From IMG/VR virus record IMGVR_UViG_2917891409_000001, positions 1 through 49,062 of that record: a DNA stretch of 49,062 bases, one strand, 5' to 3'. The notes beneath the pieces are model-generated. The model had not been told where the DNA came from, made no database searches, and was given only the letters and a program-made list of their open reading frames with translations. This DNA is from a virus. Lineage: Duplodnaviria > Heunggongvirae > Uroviricota > Caudoviricetes. The translations under genes were made by a program, and so were the position numbers. The first letter of the stretch is position 1; every line of letters begins with the position of its first letter. Positions 9,078-17,816 of this stretch are shown here, piece after piece.

Positions 9078-9754
9078 CGCCATTGCTCCCCAAATACAAA
9101 ACCAATTTCAGCCAGTGCCTCGTCCATTTTTTCGATGAACTCCGGCACCATCTCGTCAAAACTCGCCATGTACTTTTCATCCCGCTCAACCACGACATAA
9201 TGCAGTCCTTCACGCTTCATACGCGGGTCATAGTTGGCAAAGTACCAGGCATCTTTTCGTGTCACCCACATGCTGTACTGCACCTGGGCCATGTAAGCCG
9301 ACTTTATGGCCTCGAAACCACCGAGCCGGAACTTCATGAAATCCCGGGAGGTAAACGGGCATTTCAGCTCAAGGCCATTGCCGTCACTGCATAAACCATC
9401 GGGAGAGCAGGCGGTGCGCATACTTTCGTCGCGATAGATGATCGGGGATTCAGTAACATTCACGCCGGAAGTGAATTCAAACAGAGTTCTGGCGTCGTTC
9501 TCGTACTGTTTTCCCCATGCCAGCGCCTTAGCATTAACTTCCGGAGCCACACCGGTGCAAACCTCAGCCAGCAGGGTGTGGAAGTAGGACATTTTCATGT
9601 CAGGCCACTTCTTTCCTGAGCGGGGCTTTGCTATCATGTTGTGAACTTCTGAAGCGGTGATGACGCCGAGCCGTAATTTGTGCCATGCATCATCCCCCTG
9701 TTCGACAGCTCTCACGTCGATCCCGGTACGCTGCAGGATAATGTCCGGTGTCAT
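9074..9754 (-). CDS. exo: lambda exonuclease (Red alpha)
   Basis: 226 aa, [37 protein letters not shown]... as lambda Exo. Confidence 0.95.
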   Translation of the reverse strand: MTPDIILQRTGIDVRAVEQGDDAWHKLRLGVITASEVHNMIAKPRSGKKWPDMKMSYFHTLLAEVCTGVAPEVNAKALAWGKQYENDARTLFEFTSGVNVTESPIIYRDESMRTACSPDGLCSDGNGLELKCPFTSRDFMKFRLGGFEAIKSAYMAQVQYSMWVTRKDAWYFANYDPRMKREGLHYVVVERDEKYMASFDEMVPEFIEKMDEALAEIGFVFGEQWR

Positions 9755-10536
9755 GCTGCCACCTTCTGCTCAGTGGCTTTCTGTTTCAGGAATCCAAGAG
9801 CTTTCACTGCTTCGGCCTGTGTCAGTTCTGACGATGCGCGAATGTCGCGGCGAAATATCTGGGAACAGAGCGGCAATAAGTCGTCATCCCATGTTTTATC
9901 CAGGGCGATCAGCAGAGTGTTAATCTCCTGCATGGTTTCATCGTTAACCGGAGTGATGTCGCGTTCCGGCTGACGTTCTGCAGTGTATGCAGTATTTTCA
10001 ACAATGCGCTCGGCTTCATCCTTGTCATAGATACCAGCAAATCCGAAGGCGAGACGGGCACACTGAATCATGGCTTTATGCCGTAACATCCGTTTGGGAT
10101 GCGACTGCCACGGTCCCGTGATTTCTCTGCCTTCGCGGGTTTTGAATGGTTCGCGGCGACATTCATCCATCCACTCGGTAACGCAGATCGGATGATTGCG
10201 GTCCTTGCGGTAAATCCGGCATGTGCAGGATTCATTGTCCTGCTCAAAGTCCATACCATCAAACTGCTGGTTTTCATTGATGATGCGGGACCAGCCATCA
10301 ACGCCCACCACCGGAACGATGCCGTTCTGCTTATCAGGGAAGGCGTAAATTTCTTTCGTCCACGGATTAAGGCCGTACTGGTTGGCAACGATCAGTAATG
10401 CGATGAACTGCGCATCGCTGGCATCACCTTTAAATGCCGTCTGGCGAAGAGTGGTGATCAGTTCCTGTGGGTCAACAGAATCCATGCCGACACGTTCAGC
10501 CAGCTTCCCTGCCAGCGTTGCGAGTGCAGTACTCAT
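9751..10536 (-). CDS. bet: Red beta single-strand annealing protein
   Basis: 261 aa, [48 protein letters not shown]... as lambda Bet. Confidence 0.95.
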   Translation of the reverse strand: MSTALATLAGKLAERVGMDSVDPQELITTLRQTAFKGDASDAQFIALLIVANQYGLNPWTKEIYAFPDKQNGIVPVVGVDGWSRIINENQQFDGMDFEQDNESCTCRIYRKDRNHPICVTEWMDECRREPFKTREGREITGPWQSHPKRMLRHKAMIQCARLAFGFAGIYDKDEAERIVENTAYTAERQPERDITPVNDETMQEINTLLIALDKTWDDDLLPLCSQIFRRDIRASSELTQAEAVKALGFLKQKATEQKVAA

Positions 10537-10541
10537 TCGTT

Positions 10542-10838
10542 TTATACCTCTGAATCAATATCAACCTGATGGTGAGCAATGGTTTCAACCATGTACCGGA
10601 TGTGTTCTGCCATGCGCTCCTGAAACTCAACATCGTCATCAAACGCACGGGTAATGGCTTTTTTGCTGGCCCCGTGGCGTTGCAAATGATCGATGCATAG
10701 CGATTCAAACAGGTGCTGGGGCAGGCCTTTTTCCATGTCGTCTGCCAGTTCTGCCTCTTTCTCTTCACGGGCGATCTGCTGGTAGTGACGCGCCCAGCTC
10801 TGAGCCTCAAGACGATCCTGAATGTAATAAGCGTTCAT
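10542..10838 (-). CDS. gam: Gam, RecBCD inhibitor (short form; a long form with upstream start is possible)
   Basis: 98 aa, [21 protein letters not shown]... as lambda Gam. Confidence 0.9.
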   Translation of the reverse strand: MNAYYIQDRLEAQSWARHYQQIAREEKEAELADDMEKGLPQHLFESLCIDHLQRHGASKKAITRAFDDDVEFQERMAEHIRYMVETIAHHQVDIDSEV

Positions 10839-10913
10839 GGCTGAACTCCTGAAAATGGCTGTGAAACTATTGCCCGGGAAATGCCAGGCTGATTAGGAAA
10901 ACAGGAAAGGGGA

Positions 10914-11324
10914 TTAGTGATTCAGGCCGTTGCCTCGTCCGTCGAGAAAAACTTCCACGAGCAAATCACGGGTATAAGTGCGCTCGATGCCGCGATGCAG
11001 ATAAAGCCGTCCGCGTAAATTAGCTGATGCAGTCCAGGTACCATCTTTGTGTTTGACCAGCATTCCTGGCATGACCGCGCCGCGATTAACGGTCTGCGTT
11101 CCGTAATGTTGATGAACCATAAAAACTCCTGCCCGTAAGCTGGGCTGCTGAACATATAGAGACTTCTGCGCGTATTCAGGCGGTGGATGGCCGCCGGTTG
11201 TCATAACTAAGCCGCCTCGTTGAAGCGACTGAGGTATGAAGTGTTGAGTTGATTTCAGCTGGTCACACCGACGTTCACGCGTCCGCTTCACCCCTCGCAC
11301 TCCCCGGAGCCTGCTGAAATTCAA
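10914..11324 (-). CDS. hypothetical protein at N/kil position, first gene downstream of OL-like operators; start uncertain
   Basis: TTG-start ORF with Arg-rich N-terminus (RLRGVRGVKRTRERR); alternative ATG at 11204; not similar to recalled lambda N, Kil or CIII. Confidence 0.35.
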   Translation of the reverse strand: MNFSRLRGVRGVKRTRERRCDQLKSTQHFIPQSLQRGGLVMTTGGHPPPEYAQKSLYVQQPSLRAGVFMVHQHYGTQTVNRGAVMPGMLVKHKDGTWTASANLRGRLYLHRGIERTYTRDLLVEVFLDGRGNGLNH

Positions 11325-11395
11325 GCTGCGGATCTAAGCGGTCATCGCAACGGTGAATCAGGTGGTTGCCGTATCGTTGTGTTGTTGCGATATGG

Positions 11396-11450
11396 TGATA
11401 ATAGCTATTGCTATTGGTGATATCAATACTTATTGCTATTGACTGATGTG
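11396..11450. promoter_or_regulatory. putative OL operator cluster / pL region
   Basis: repeated TTGCTATTG motifs shared with the cI-cro intergenic region. Confidence 0.35.
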
Positions 11451-11559
11451 TTTTGATATTAAATGTTTGATAGCAAAAAGAATTAATTTTGTGACTTGCA
11501 TCGCATAGCGATAACTGAAGCGGGGTTGTGGTGGTTTTTTGAACGGTGTGTGTGATGAG

Positions 11560-11594
11560 GGTAGGGCAAAAGAAAACCCGGCGCGGTGGCCGGG
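11560..11594 (-). terminator. putative intrinsic terminator ending the cI-cassette operon
   Basis: GC hairpin CCCGGC..GCCGGG followed by T-rich tract on minus strand. Confidence 0.4.
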
Positions 11595-11602
11595 TAGCAT
11601 CA

Positions 11603-11794
11603 CTATTCGATTTTTTTAACCATGTAGTTACGTCGTGATGTTCCTAATCTTTCATTGTGAATCTCAGAAACGCTTACTACGAGCGATATTCGTTCACCAA
11701 CTTTATATTTACTTTGAATTTCTCCTAACATATCAATCGGATAAGAAGCCTTTATTTTTCCAAGCTCGCTTGCAATCTCCAATTTCCCGTACAT
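11603..11794 (-). CDS. small hypothetical protein (63 aa), third gene of rex-position cassette
   Basis: ORF directly downstream of the 221-aa gene, same strand. Confidence 0.45.
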   Translation of the reverse strand: MYGKLEIASELGKIKASYPIDMLGEIQSKYKVGERISLVVSVSEIHNERLGTSRRNYMVKKIE

Positions 11795-11868
11795 GGATAA
11801 AATAGCAAGTTCGCCTGATATATGCTCATCCGGTAGCTGAACGACCTTCGTTAAAGCTAAGCGAGCAT

Positions 11869-12534
11869 TCAGTTTTTTATATCTTCTGAAGAAATTGACA
11901 CTTGTCTGGTACCATCACTTAAAGGTCCAATCCAAGTAAGATCAAAGTTAAGACTATATTTTTCGCACTCATTTATGATGTTTTTTAGGTTAGCTGTTGA
12001 TTGCGAACCAATTTCGGCAATTTTAGCCGTGAATGTTTCTTCATCAATGGATGAGAGTAGTGCAAAAATCTCCTTAACAGCATGACTGGATACTGTTTCG
12101 ATGAGCTCGCAAGAACCAGTAGAAAAAGTAACACCTAACTTCGTCGAACCTGGACGCAAGTCTGCCAATCTCATGTCTAATGATTTTTTAACATCAATCG
12201 GCACACGACTAGAATCTTTCCCAGATCCAAGTCGGTAAACTGCTTTCTGTACAAGGGATGCGAGATTACCTGAAATTACAGATAGAATATCTAACGGAAT
12301 AGACCCGAAATCGACCAAAACACCTTTTAATCTCAACTCCATGAAATCACGTAAAGGATGTTGGTTATCGATTGCACGTTGTCTCTCTCGGAGATCGCTC
12401 AGATGGGAGTCAAGTGATCTAAATATAATGTCATCAGCAAATGATCTCCCCTTATTTTGAGCAAGCAGATCCACATCGCGTTGAATGAACGCAATTCGCT
12501 CCTTGAGGGAGTTGAATGTTTTTTCTTCGCTCAT
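11869..12534 (-). CDS. hypothetical protein (221 aa), partner of nucleotidyltransferase gene
   Basis: start overlaps stop of upstream gene by 4 bp; contains RAIDNQH (Rx5H, HEPN-like spacing, weak). Confidence 0.55.
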   Translation of the reverse strand: MSEEKTFNSLKERIAFIQRDVDLLAQNKGRSFADDIIFRSLDSHLSDLRERQRAIDNQHPLRDFMELRLKGVLVDFGSIPLDILSVISGNLASLVQKAVYRLGSGKDSSRVPIDVKKSLDMRLADLRPGSTKLGVTFSTGSCELIETVSSHAVKEIFALLSSIDEETFTAKIAEIGSQSTANLKNIINECEKYSLNFDLTWIGPLSDGTRQVSISSEDIKN

Positions 12535-13004
12535 AACATTACCCTCACGAGGCCTTTAGGATTCTCCTTCCGATCAAAACCAAACCACCCTCTCCAGTAA
12601 CTTCGCCTTTCACTATAATCGATTTCTGGATGATTTTCAGGCAGCAAAAGAACGTCAATGCTGTAGTTTTCTTTAATAAAATCTCTATTTAACAATGAGC
12701 TAACCAATGGCATCAGCGTGTTTGGCAAAGAGTTTAGGGCCAAATAATCGACGACCACGAGTATATCTATATCATCAGGTTCAGGTTTCTCTGTAGTGAA
12801 TGAACCATCGATCCACACTTCAGAAAAACATAGACACTGCTGATTAACAAGTTTAAATTGCTCAATAAGCTGTATAAAATTACAGTATAGCATACTTCTT
12901 CTAACGGATTTTGGGAAGGTGTCGACACAAAGAGACTTGATGCCATCACTATCCATATCATGAAATCCTGCTGTAAGAAGAGGTGGGAAGCTAGGCTTTT
13001 CCAT
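12531..13004 (-). CDS. nucleotidyltransferase-fold protein (pol-beta superfamily, minimal nucleotidyltransferase-like)
   Basis: 157 aa; motif DGSFTTEKPEPDDIDILVVVD fits G[SG]x9-13DxD, later acidic residue in SIDVLLL; sits where lambda has rexA. Confidence 0.6.
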   Translation of the reverse strand: MEKPSFPPLLTAGFHDMDSDGIKSLCVDTFPKSVRRSMLYCNFIQLIEQFKLVNQQCLCFSEVWIDGSFTTEKPEPDDIDILVVVDYLALNSLPNTLMPLVSSLLNRDFIKENYSIDVLLLPENHPEIDYSERRSYWRGWFGFDRKENPKGLVRVML

Positions 13005-13085
13005 CCTAAGTCCTTGTTTATGCCATATAGTGTTCTATTTAATATTCTTGAAAAGAGTGTGCCTTAAAAAGCTACAGGCTAATTA

Positions 13086-13613
13086 TTAACCATGCTTCCT
13101 GTACGTCTGCGGCATGCTCCCAATAACCTTACCGAAGATGAACACCCGGTTCATCTCGTCTTTCTCGATCGGGTCCCACGGTGAGTAGCTCTTGTTATCA
13201 GAGATAACCAGTAGCTTATCCTTCATCATTTGCAGGCGCTTTACATGGGCGGTGTCGTCATACAGAAACGCATAGATACCATCACCGTCGAAAGATTTAA
13301 CCGTGATATCAACGAACAGCAGATCACCTGGTTCGATCGTTCCTGACATGCTGTCACCACGCACGTTAATGATGCGGATATTTTCCGCCTTCCTGCCATC
13401 GAACATGTGACGAGCATCGTCAAACGAGTACTCAACCGAGCGTAGAACTTCTACAAACTCACGGTTGATTACACCCGGCCCAGCACTGACTTCTATATCA
13501 AGAACGTCAATCTTGAAGTATTTGGAATGGTTGACAGCAGGCTTCCCTGATTGTTGACCGTCATTTCTCATCGGGCCTATGCCTGATGAGAGCCACTCTG
13601 TTCGAACACCCAA
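13086..13613 (-). CDS. cI: CI-like repressor, C-terminal S24 peptidase (LexA-like autocleavage) domain fragment
   Basis: GDSM serine motif and downstream Lys; upstream frame is open and joins the HTH fragment if one T of the T6 run at 13634-13639 is removed. Confidence 0.7.
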   Translation of the reverse strand: MGVRTEWLSSGIGPMRNDGQQSGKPAVNHSKYFKIDVLDIEVSAGPGVINREFVEVLRSVEYSFDDARHMFDGRKAENIRIINVRGDSMSGTIEPGDLLFVDITVKSFDGDGIYAFLYDDTAHVKRLQMMKDKLLVISDNKSYSPWDPIEKDEMNRVFIFGKVIGSMPQTYRKHG

Positions 13614-13626
13614 TGCATTAGCTATT

Positions 13627-13779
13627 TCAACAATTTTTTGTTGAGCCGCGTGCGTTGCCGCTTGTTAGTCTCCAGATTGTGGGTTGAGCTACGCCAGACG
13701 CCTTTGCAAGAGCGCCTTGAGACATTCCAGATTGTTCCATCGCTAGGTTTAAGCGATCAGCAAGAGTTTCTTTTTTCAT
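13627..13779 (-). pseudogene. cI: CI-like repressor N-terminal HTH fragment (frameshifted relative to C-terminal domain)
   Basis: MKKETLADRLNLAMEQSGMSQGALAKASGVAQPTIWRL... HTH_XRE pattern, ends prematurely. Confidence 0.65.
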
Positions 13780-13789
13780 AAGTTTTTAA

Positions 13790-13870
13790 TTTATACGCTT
13801 GCGTATTGATGGTCAAAACATGTTTTGCTATTGATTGAATTAATACGCATTGCTATTATCCATTCATTGT
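13790..13870. promoter_or_regulatory. putative OR operators with divergent pRM/pR
   Basis: palindrome ATACGCTTGCGTAT plus repeated TTGC(G)TATTGAT motifs between divergent cI and cro-like genes. Confidence 0.4.
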
Positions 13871-13884
13871 AATACCAATAGGAA

Positions 13885-14118
13885 TTGATAATGACAAATC
13901 AAACCATTCAACTCGCAATCAGTATTACAGGTAGTCAAAAACGACTGGCAGATCTATGCGGTGTAGCCCAGCCCACTGTTTGGCGTTGGCTACACGGTGG
14001 CGGAATTGATGCCCGCTATGTAATGAAAATTGTCTCAGCCACTGGTGGAAAGATTAAACCAGCAGATATTCGTCCCGACCTTGCACCATTGTTTAACGCG
14101 AGTAATTCTGCCGCCTAA
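13885..14118 (+). CDS. cro: Cro-like HTH regulator
   Basis: 77 aa, HTH (LADLCGVAQPTVWRW), divergent from cI. Confidence 0.6.
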   Translation: MIMTNQTIQLAISITGSQKRLADLCGVAQPTVWRWLHGGGIDARYVMKIVSATGGKIKPADIRPDLAPLFNASNSAA

Positions 14119-14142
14119 ACTGCGGCGTTAACTGATAAGGCA

Positions 14143-14688
14143 ATGACTATGCAACCACTTACATACCAACAGACTAGCGGATTTAGCCCGACTGCGGTGA
14201 TAAATCGTTCTCAAACAAAACAGGCGCCAGGCCACGAAAAAATCCGTGATGCCGTTCGCGCCTGGTCGGCTGCAGATAATCAGGATGTTGTTGCCGCACT
14301 CATTGTGAATGAGTATCGGGAGCAGGGCGGCGGCACCATCGATTTCCCTGATGATGTCAGCCGTGCACGCCAGAAGCTGTTCCGCTTCCTCGATAACAAA
14401 TTCGATTCTGAAAAATACCGAAATAACGTGCGTGAACTGACCCCGGCAATTCTGGCGGTACTACCGCTGGAATATCGCGGCCACCTGGTTGAGCAGGATA
14501 GCTTCATGGCTCGGTTGGCTGAAATGGAAAAGGAACTCAGTGAGGCAAAGCAGGCGGTCATTCTCAACGCACCACGCCACCAGAAACTGAAGGAAATGAG
14601 TGAAGGTATTGTGTCGATGTTTCGTGTGGACCCGGATCTGGCTGGTCCATTAATGGCGATGGTGACCACCATGCTGGGGGCAATATGA
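14143..14688 (+). CDS. hypothetical regulatory protein at cII position
   Basis: 181 aa between cro-like gene and O; not lambda CII-like by sequence. Confidence 0.4.
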   Translation: MTMQPLTYQQTSGFSPTAVINRSQTKQAPGHEKIRDAVRAWSAADNQDVVAALIVNEYREQGGGTIDFPDDVSRARQKLFRFLDNKFDSEKYRNNVRELTPAILAVLPLEYRGHLVEQDSFMARLAEMEKELSEAKQAVILNAPRHQKLKEMSEGIVSMFRVDPDLAGPLMAMVTTMLGAI

Positions 14689-14773
14689 CAGGTTCAGAAA
14701 TGGCGAAAGCGGTCTGCGGGAACAGAGCCGACTTTCAGGTGCAAATCGTAACGCACTCATTGCGGAAGGAATT

Positions 14774-15703
14774 ATGGCAAACACTGCTGAGATATTCAAT
14801 TTTCCAGTGCCGGATGAGGCACAAAAGGAGCGGCGCGTGGCAGATCTCGATGATGGTTATACGCGCATTGCAAATGAGTTGCTGGAAGCTGTGATGCTGG
14901 CCGGATTAACACAGCACCAGCTTCTGGTCTTTCTGGCTGTCATGCGCAAAACATATGGCTTTAATAAAAAACTGGATTGGGTTAGCAACGAGCAACTTTC
15001 CGAATTAACCGGGATATTGCCGCACAAGTGTTCTGCTGCAAAAAGTGTTCTGGTAAAGCGTGGGATTTTTATTCAGAGCGGGCGGAATACCGGCATTAAT
15101 AATGTGGTCAGTGAATGGTCAACATTACCCGAATCAGGTAAGAAAAATAAAGTTTACCTGAAAGAGGTAAATTTACCTGAATCAGGTAAAAAAAGTTTAC
15201 CCAAATCAGGTAAAGACGTTTACCCGAATCAGGTAAACACAAAAGACAAAATAACAAAAGACAATATAAAACCTTATTCGTCCGAGAATTCTGGCGAATC
15301 CTCTGACCAGCCAGAAAACGACCTTCCTGTGGTGAAACCGGATGCTGCGATTCAGAGCGGCAGCAAGTGGGGGACAGCAGAAGACCTGACCGCCGCAGAG
15401 TGGATGTTTGACATGGTGAAGACCATCGCGCCATCAGCCAGAAAACCGAATTTTGCAGGGTGGGCTAACGATATCCGCCTGATGCGTGAACGTGACGGAC
15501 GTAACCACCGCGACATGTGCGTGCTGTTCCGCTGGGCATGCCAGGACAACTTCTGGTCCGGTAACGTGCTAAGTCCGGCCAAACTCCGTGACAAGTGGAC
15601 CCAACTCGAAATCAACCGTAACAAGCAACAGGCTGGAGTGACAGCCGGAAAATCAAAACTGGACCTGACAAACACTGACTGGATTTATGGGGTGGATTTA
15701 TGA
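14774..15703 (+). CDS. O: replication initiator O
   Basis: 309 aa; internal iterons; C-terminus matches recalled lambda O. Confidence 0.85.
   Translation: MANTAEIFNFPVPDEAQKERRVADLDDGYTRIANELLEAVMLAGLTQHQLLVFLAVMRKTYGFNKKLDWVSNEQLSELTGILPHKCSAAKSVLVKRGIFIQSGRNTGINNVVSEWSTLPESGKKNKVYLKEVNLPESGKKSLPKSGKDVYPNQVNTKDKITKDNIKPYSSENSGESSDQPENDLPVVKPDAAIQSGSKWGTAEDLTAAEWMFDMVKTIAPSARKPNFAGWANDIRLMRERDGRNHRDMCVLFRWACQDNFWSGNVLSPAKLRDKWTQLEINRNKQQAGVTAGKSKLDLTNTDWIYGVDL
15120..15275. repeat. ori: ori iterons (about five TACCYGAATCAGGTAA-like repeats) plus AT-rich tract inside O
   Basis: direct repeats read in sequence; established lambda ori architecture. Confidence 0.7.
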
Positions 15704-16401
15704 AAAACATCGCCGCACAAATGGTTAACTTTGACTGTGAGCAGATGCGCCGGATCGCCAACAACATGCCGGAACAGTACGACGAAAAGCCACAGGTACA
15801 GCAGGTAGCGCAGATCATCAACGGTGTGTTCAGGCAGTTACTGGCAACTTTCCCGGCGAGCCTGGCTAACCGTGACCAGAATGAACTGAACGAAATCCGC
15901 CGCCAGTGGGTTCTGGCTTTCCGGGAAAACGGGATCACCACAATGGAACAGGTTAACGCAGGAATGCGCGTAGCCCGTCGGCAGAATCGACCATTCCTGC
16001 CATCACCCGGGCAGTTTGTGGCCTGGTGCCGGGAAGAAGCATCCGTTAACGCCGGGCTGCCAAACGTCAGCGAGCTGGTTGATATGGTTTACGAGTATTG
16101 CCGGAAGCGTGGCCTGTATCCGGATGCAGAGTCTTATCCGTGGAAATCGAACGCGCATTACTGGTTGGTTACCAACTTGTACCAGAACATGCGGGCCAAT
16201 GCGCTGACTGACGCGGAATTACGGCGCAAGGCTGCCGATGAACTGACCTGTATGACAGCGCGAATTAACCGTGGTGAGACGATACCTGAACCAGTAAAAC
16301 AACTTCCTGTTATGGGCGGTAGACCTCTAAATCGTGCACAGGCTCTGGCGAAGATCGCAGAAATTAAAGCTAAGTTCGGACTGAAAGGAGCAAGTGTATG
16401 A
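15700..16401 (+). CDS. P: replication protein P (DnaB loader)
   Basis: 233 aa, same length and recalled sequence as lambda P. Confidence 0.9.
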   Translation: MKNIAAQMVNFDCEQMRRIANNMPEQYDEKPQVQQVAQIINGVFRQLLATFPASLANRDQNELNEIRRQWVLAFRENGITTMEQVNAGMRVARRQNRPFLPSPGQFVAWCREEASVNAGLPNVSELVDMVYEYCRKRGLYPDAESYPWKSNAHYWLVTNLYQNMRANALTDAELRRKAADELTCMTARINRGETIPEPVKQLPVMGGRPLNRAQALAKIAEIKAKFGLKGASV

Positions 16402-16697
16402 CGGGCAAAGAGGCAATTATTCATTACCTGGGGACGCATAAGAGCTTCTGTGCACAGGACGTTGCCGCGGTAACAGGCGCAACCGTAACCAGCATAAATC
16501 AGGCTGCGGCTAAAATGGCGCGGGCAGGAATCCTGGTCGTTGATGGTAAGGTCTGGCGAACGGTGTATTACAGGTTCGCTACCAGGGAAGAACGGGAAGG
16601 AAAGGTGAGCACGAATCTGATTTTCAAGGAGTGTCGCCAGAGTGCCGCGATGAAGCGGGTTTTATTTGTTTATGCGGCGGGGGGAGGAAATCAGTGA
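16398..16697 (+). CDS. ren: Ren
   Basis: 99 aa, MTGKEAIIHYLGTHKSFCAQDVAAVTGATVTSINQAA... as lambda Ren. Confidence 0.8.
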   Translation: MTGKEAIIHYLGTHKSFCAQDVAAVTGATVTSINQAAAKMARAGILVVDGKVWRTVYYRFATREEREGKVSTNLIFKECRQSAAMKRVLFVYAAGGGNQ

Positions 16698-16972
16698 GGT
16701 TGACGATAACTAATATCTGGCGCTATATTCTGTGTGTTGCCGCAAAATCGGCACACGGGATTGGCGTCCCGGATAAGGTAATCGCGACTACTACACGCCG
16801 CGAGCGTGTTTTTTATTGTCGTAAGCATACGCACATCTGAATTATGGTGGGGCGTGTAGGGCCGACTTCGGTCGGGCCGGTTGATTACCCCGGTTACGCC
16901 AACCCTACATGTCTCACCACCAAACTGATTGGCGTCAGCGGTGGTGGTTAACTTGATTTATAGGTAATCATC

Positions 16973-17578
16973 ATGAGCACACAACTAGTCTTTCATCAAA
17001 CAAAATTCCATCCTGTTAAACACAACAACAGTATCTGGCTTACTGCCGTTGAGATTGCTCAAGCTCTCGGATATAAAAAATCTGATGCCGTAACTCAGAT
17101 CTACGATCGAAATTCCGATGAATTTAGGGCAGATATGACTGAGACCCTCAATTTGAGTGTCTCAGGGAACTACCAGAAAACAATACGCATTTTCTCCCTC
17201 CGTGGTGCCCATTTGATCGCTATGTTCGCCCGCACTCCTGTAGCCAAAGAATTCCGCCGCTGGGTTCTGGATATTCTCGATCGAGAAGTTCAACAATCCC
17301 CAATCACAAAACAATTCACTGATAACGAACTTTGCACACTCGCCTGGTTATGGCGAGCAGGGGATGTGATGTTAACCGCCTGCCAGAATGTTACTCCACT
17401 TCTTCAGGTTGCGGAGCATCGCGAAGCCGGTCGCTTTACTTCTATTGAGCAAGAATATCCCCAGATACTACATAAGGCGCGCGAAATCCTTGCCAGAGAA
17501 ACGGCACATGTAAGATTCCAGCCGTGGCAGGATGATAAGTGGAGCCGAGTATTGCCGCATTTGCGTTCTGAGCAGTAG
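16973..17578 (+). CDS. phage antirepressor-like protein (Bro-N/KilA-N-type N-terminus)
   Basis: 201 aa; HNNSIWLTAVEIAQALGY motif. Confidence 0.6.
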   Translation: MSTQLVFHQTKFHPVKHNNSIWLTAVEIAQALGYKKSDAVTQIYDRNSDEFRADMTETLNLSVSGNYQKTIRIFSLRGAHLIAMFARTPVAKEFRRWVLDILDREVQQSPITKQFTDNELCTLAWLWRAGDVMLTACQNVTPLLQVAEHREAGRFTSIEQEYPQILHKAREILARETAHVRFQPWQDDKWSRVLPHLRSEQ

Positions 17579-17816
17579 CAATAAAGTTTCCGGTGAGAAA
17601 TGTCACCAGCATTTTGTTATGAAACGGGTATTGGCGGTATATTGGGGGCGGGGCTTTAGTTATTAGGTGTCGAGAATTAATTGTTTGTAGCAATATAAAA
17701 AGGAGCGCTTAAGTTCGTTTATTTTTTAAGCTTCATATACATAGTGGATAAAAATGAGAACCACCCGCTGAACGGGTGGTTTTGCGCAAGTTAAATTTTA
17801 TAATTTCAGTGAATCT

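Noticed and set aside
14280-14672. 130-aa minus-strand ORF
   Set aside because: Antisense to the 181-aa plus-strand gene in the cro-O operon; Ser/Arg-rich.
15120-15240. Short direct repeats considered as a CRISPR-like or other repeat array
   Set aside because: They are the expected ori iterons within the O gene.
16840-16972. Possible tRNA gene in the GC-rich structured region
   Set aside because: No cloverleaf arrangement or T-loop GTTCGA(A)TCC-type motif; better explained as a leader structure.
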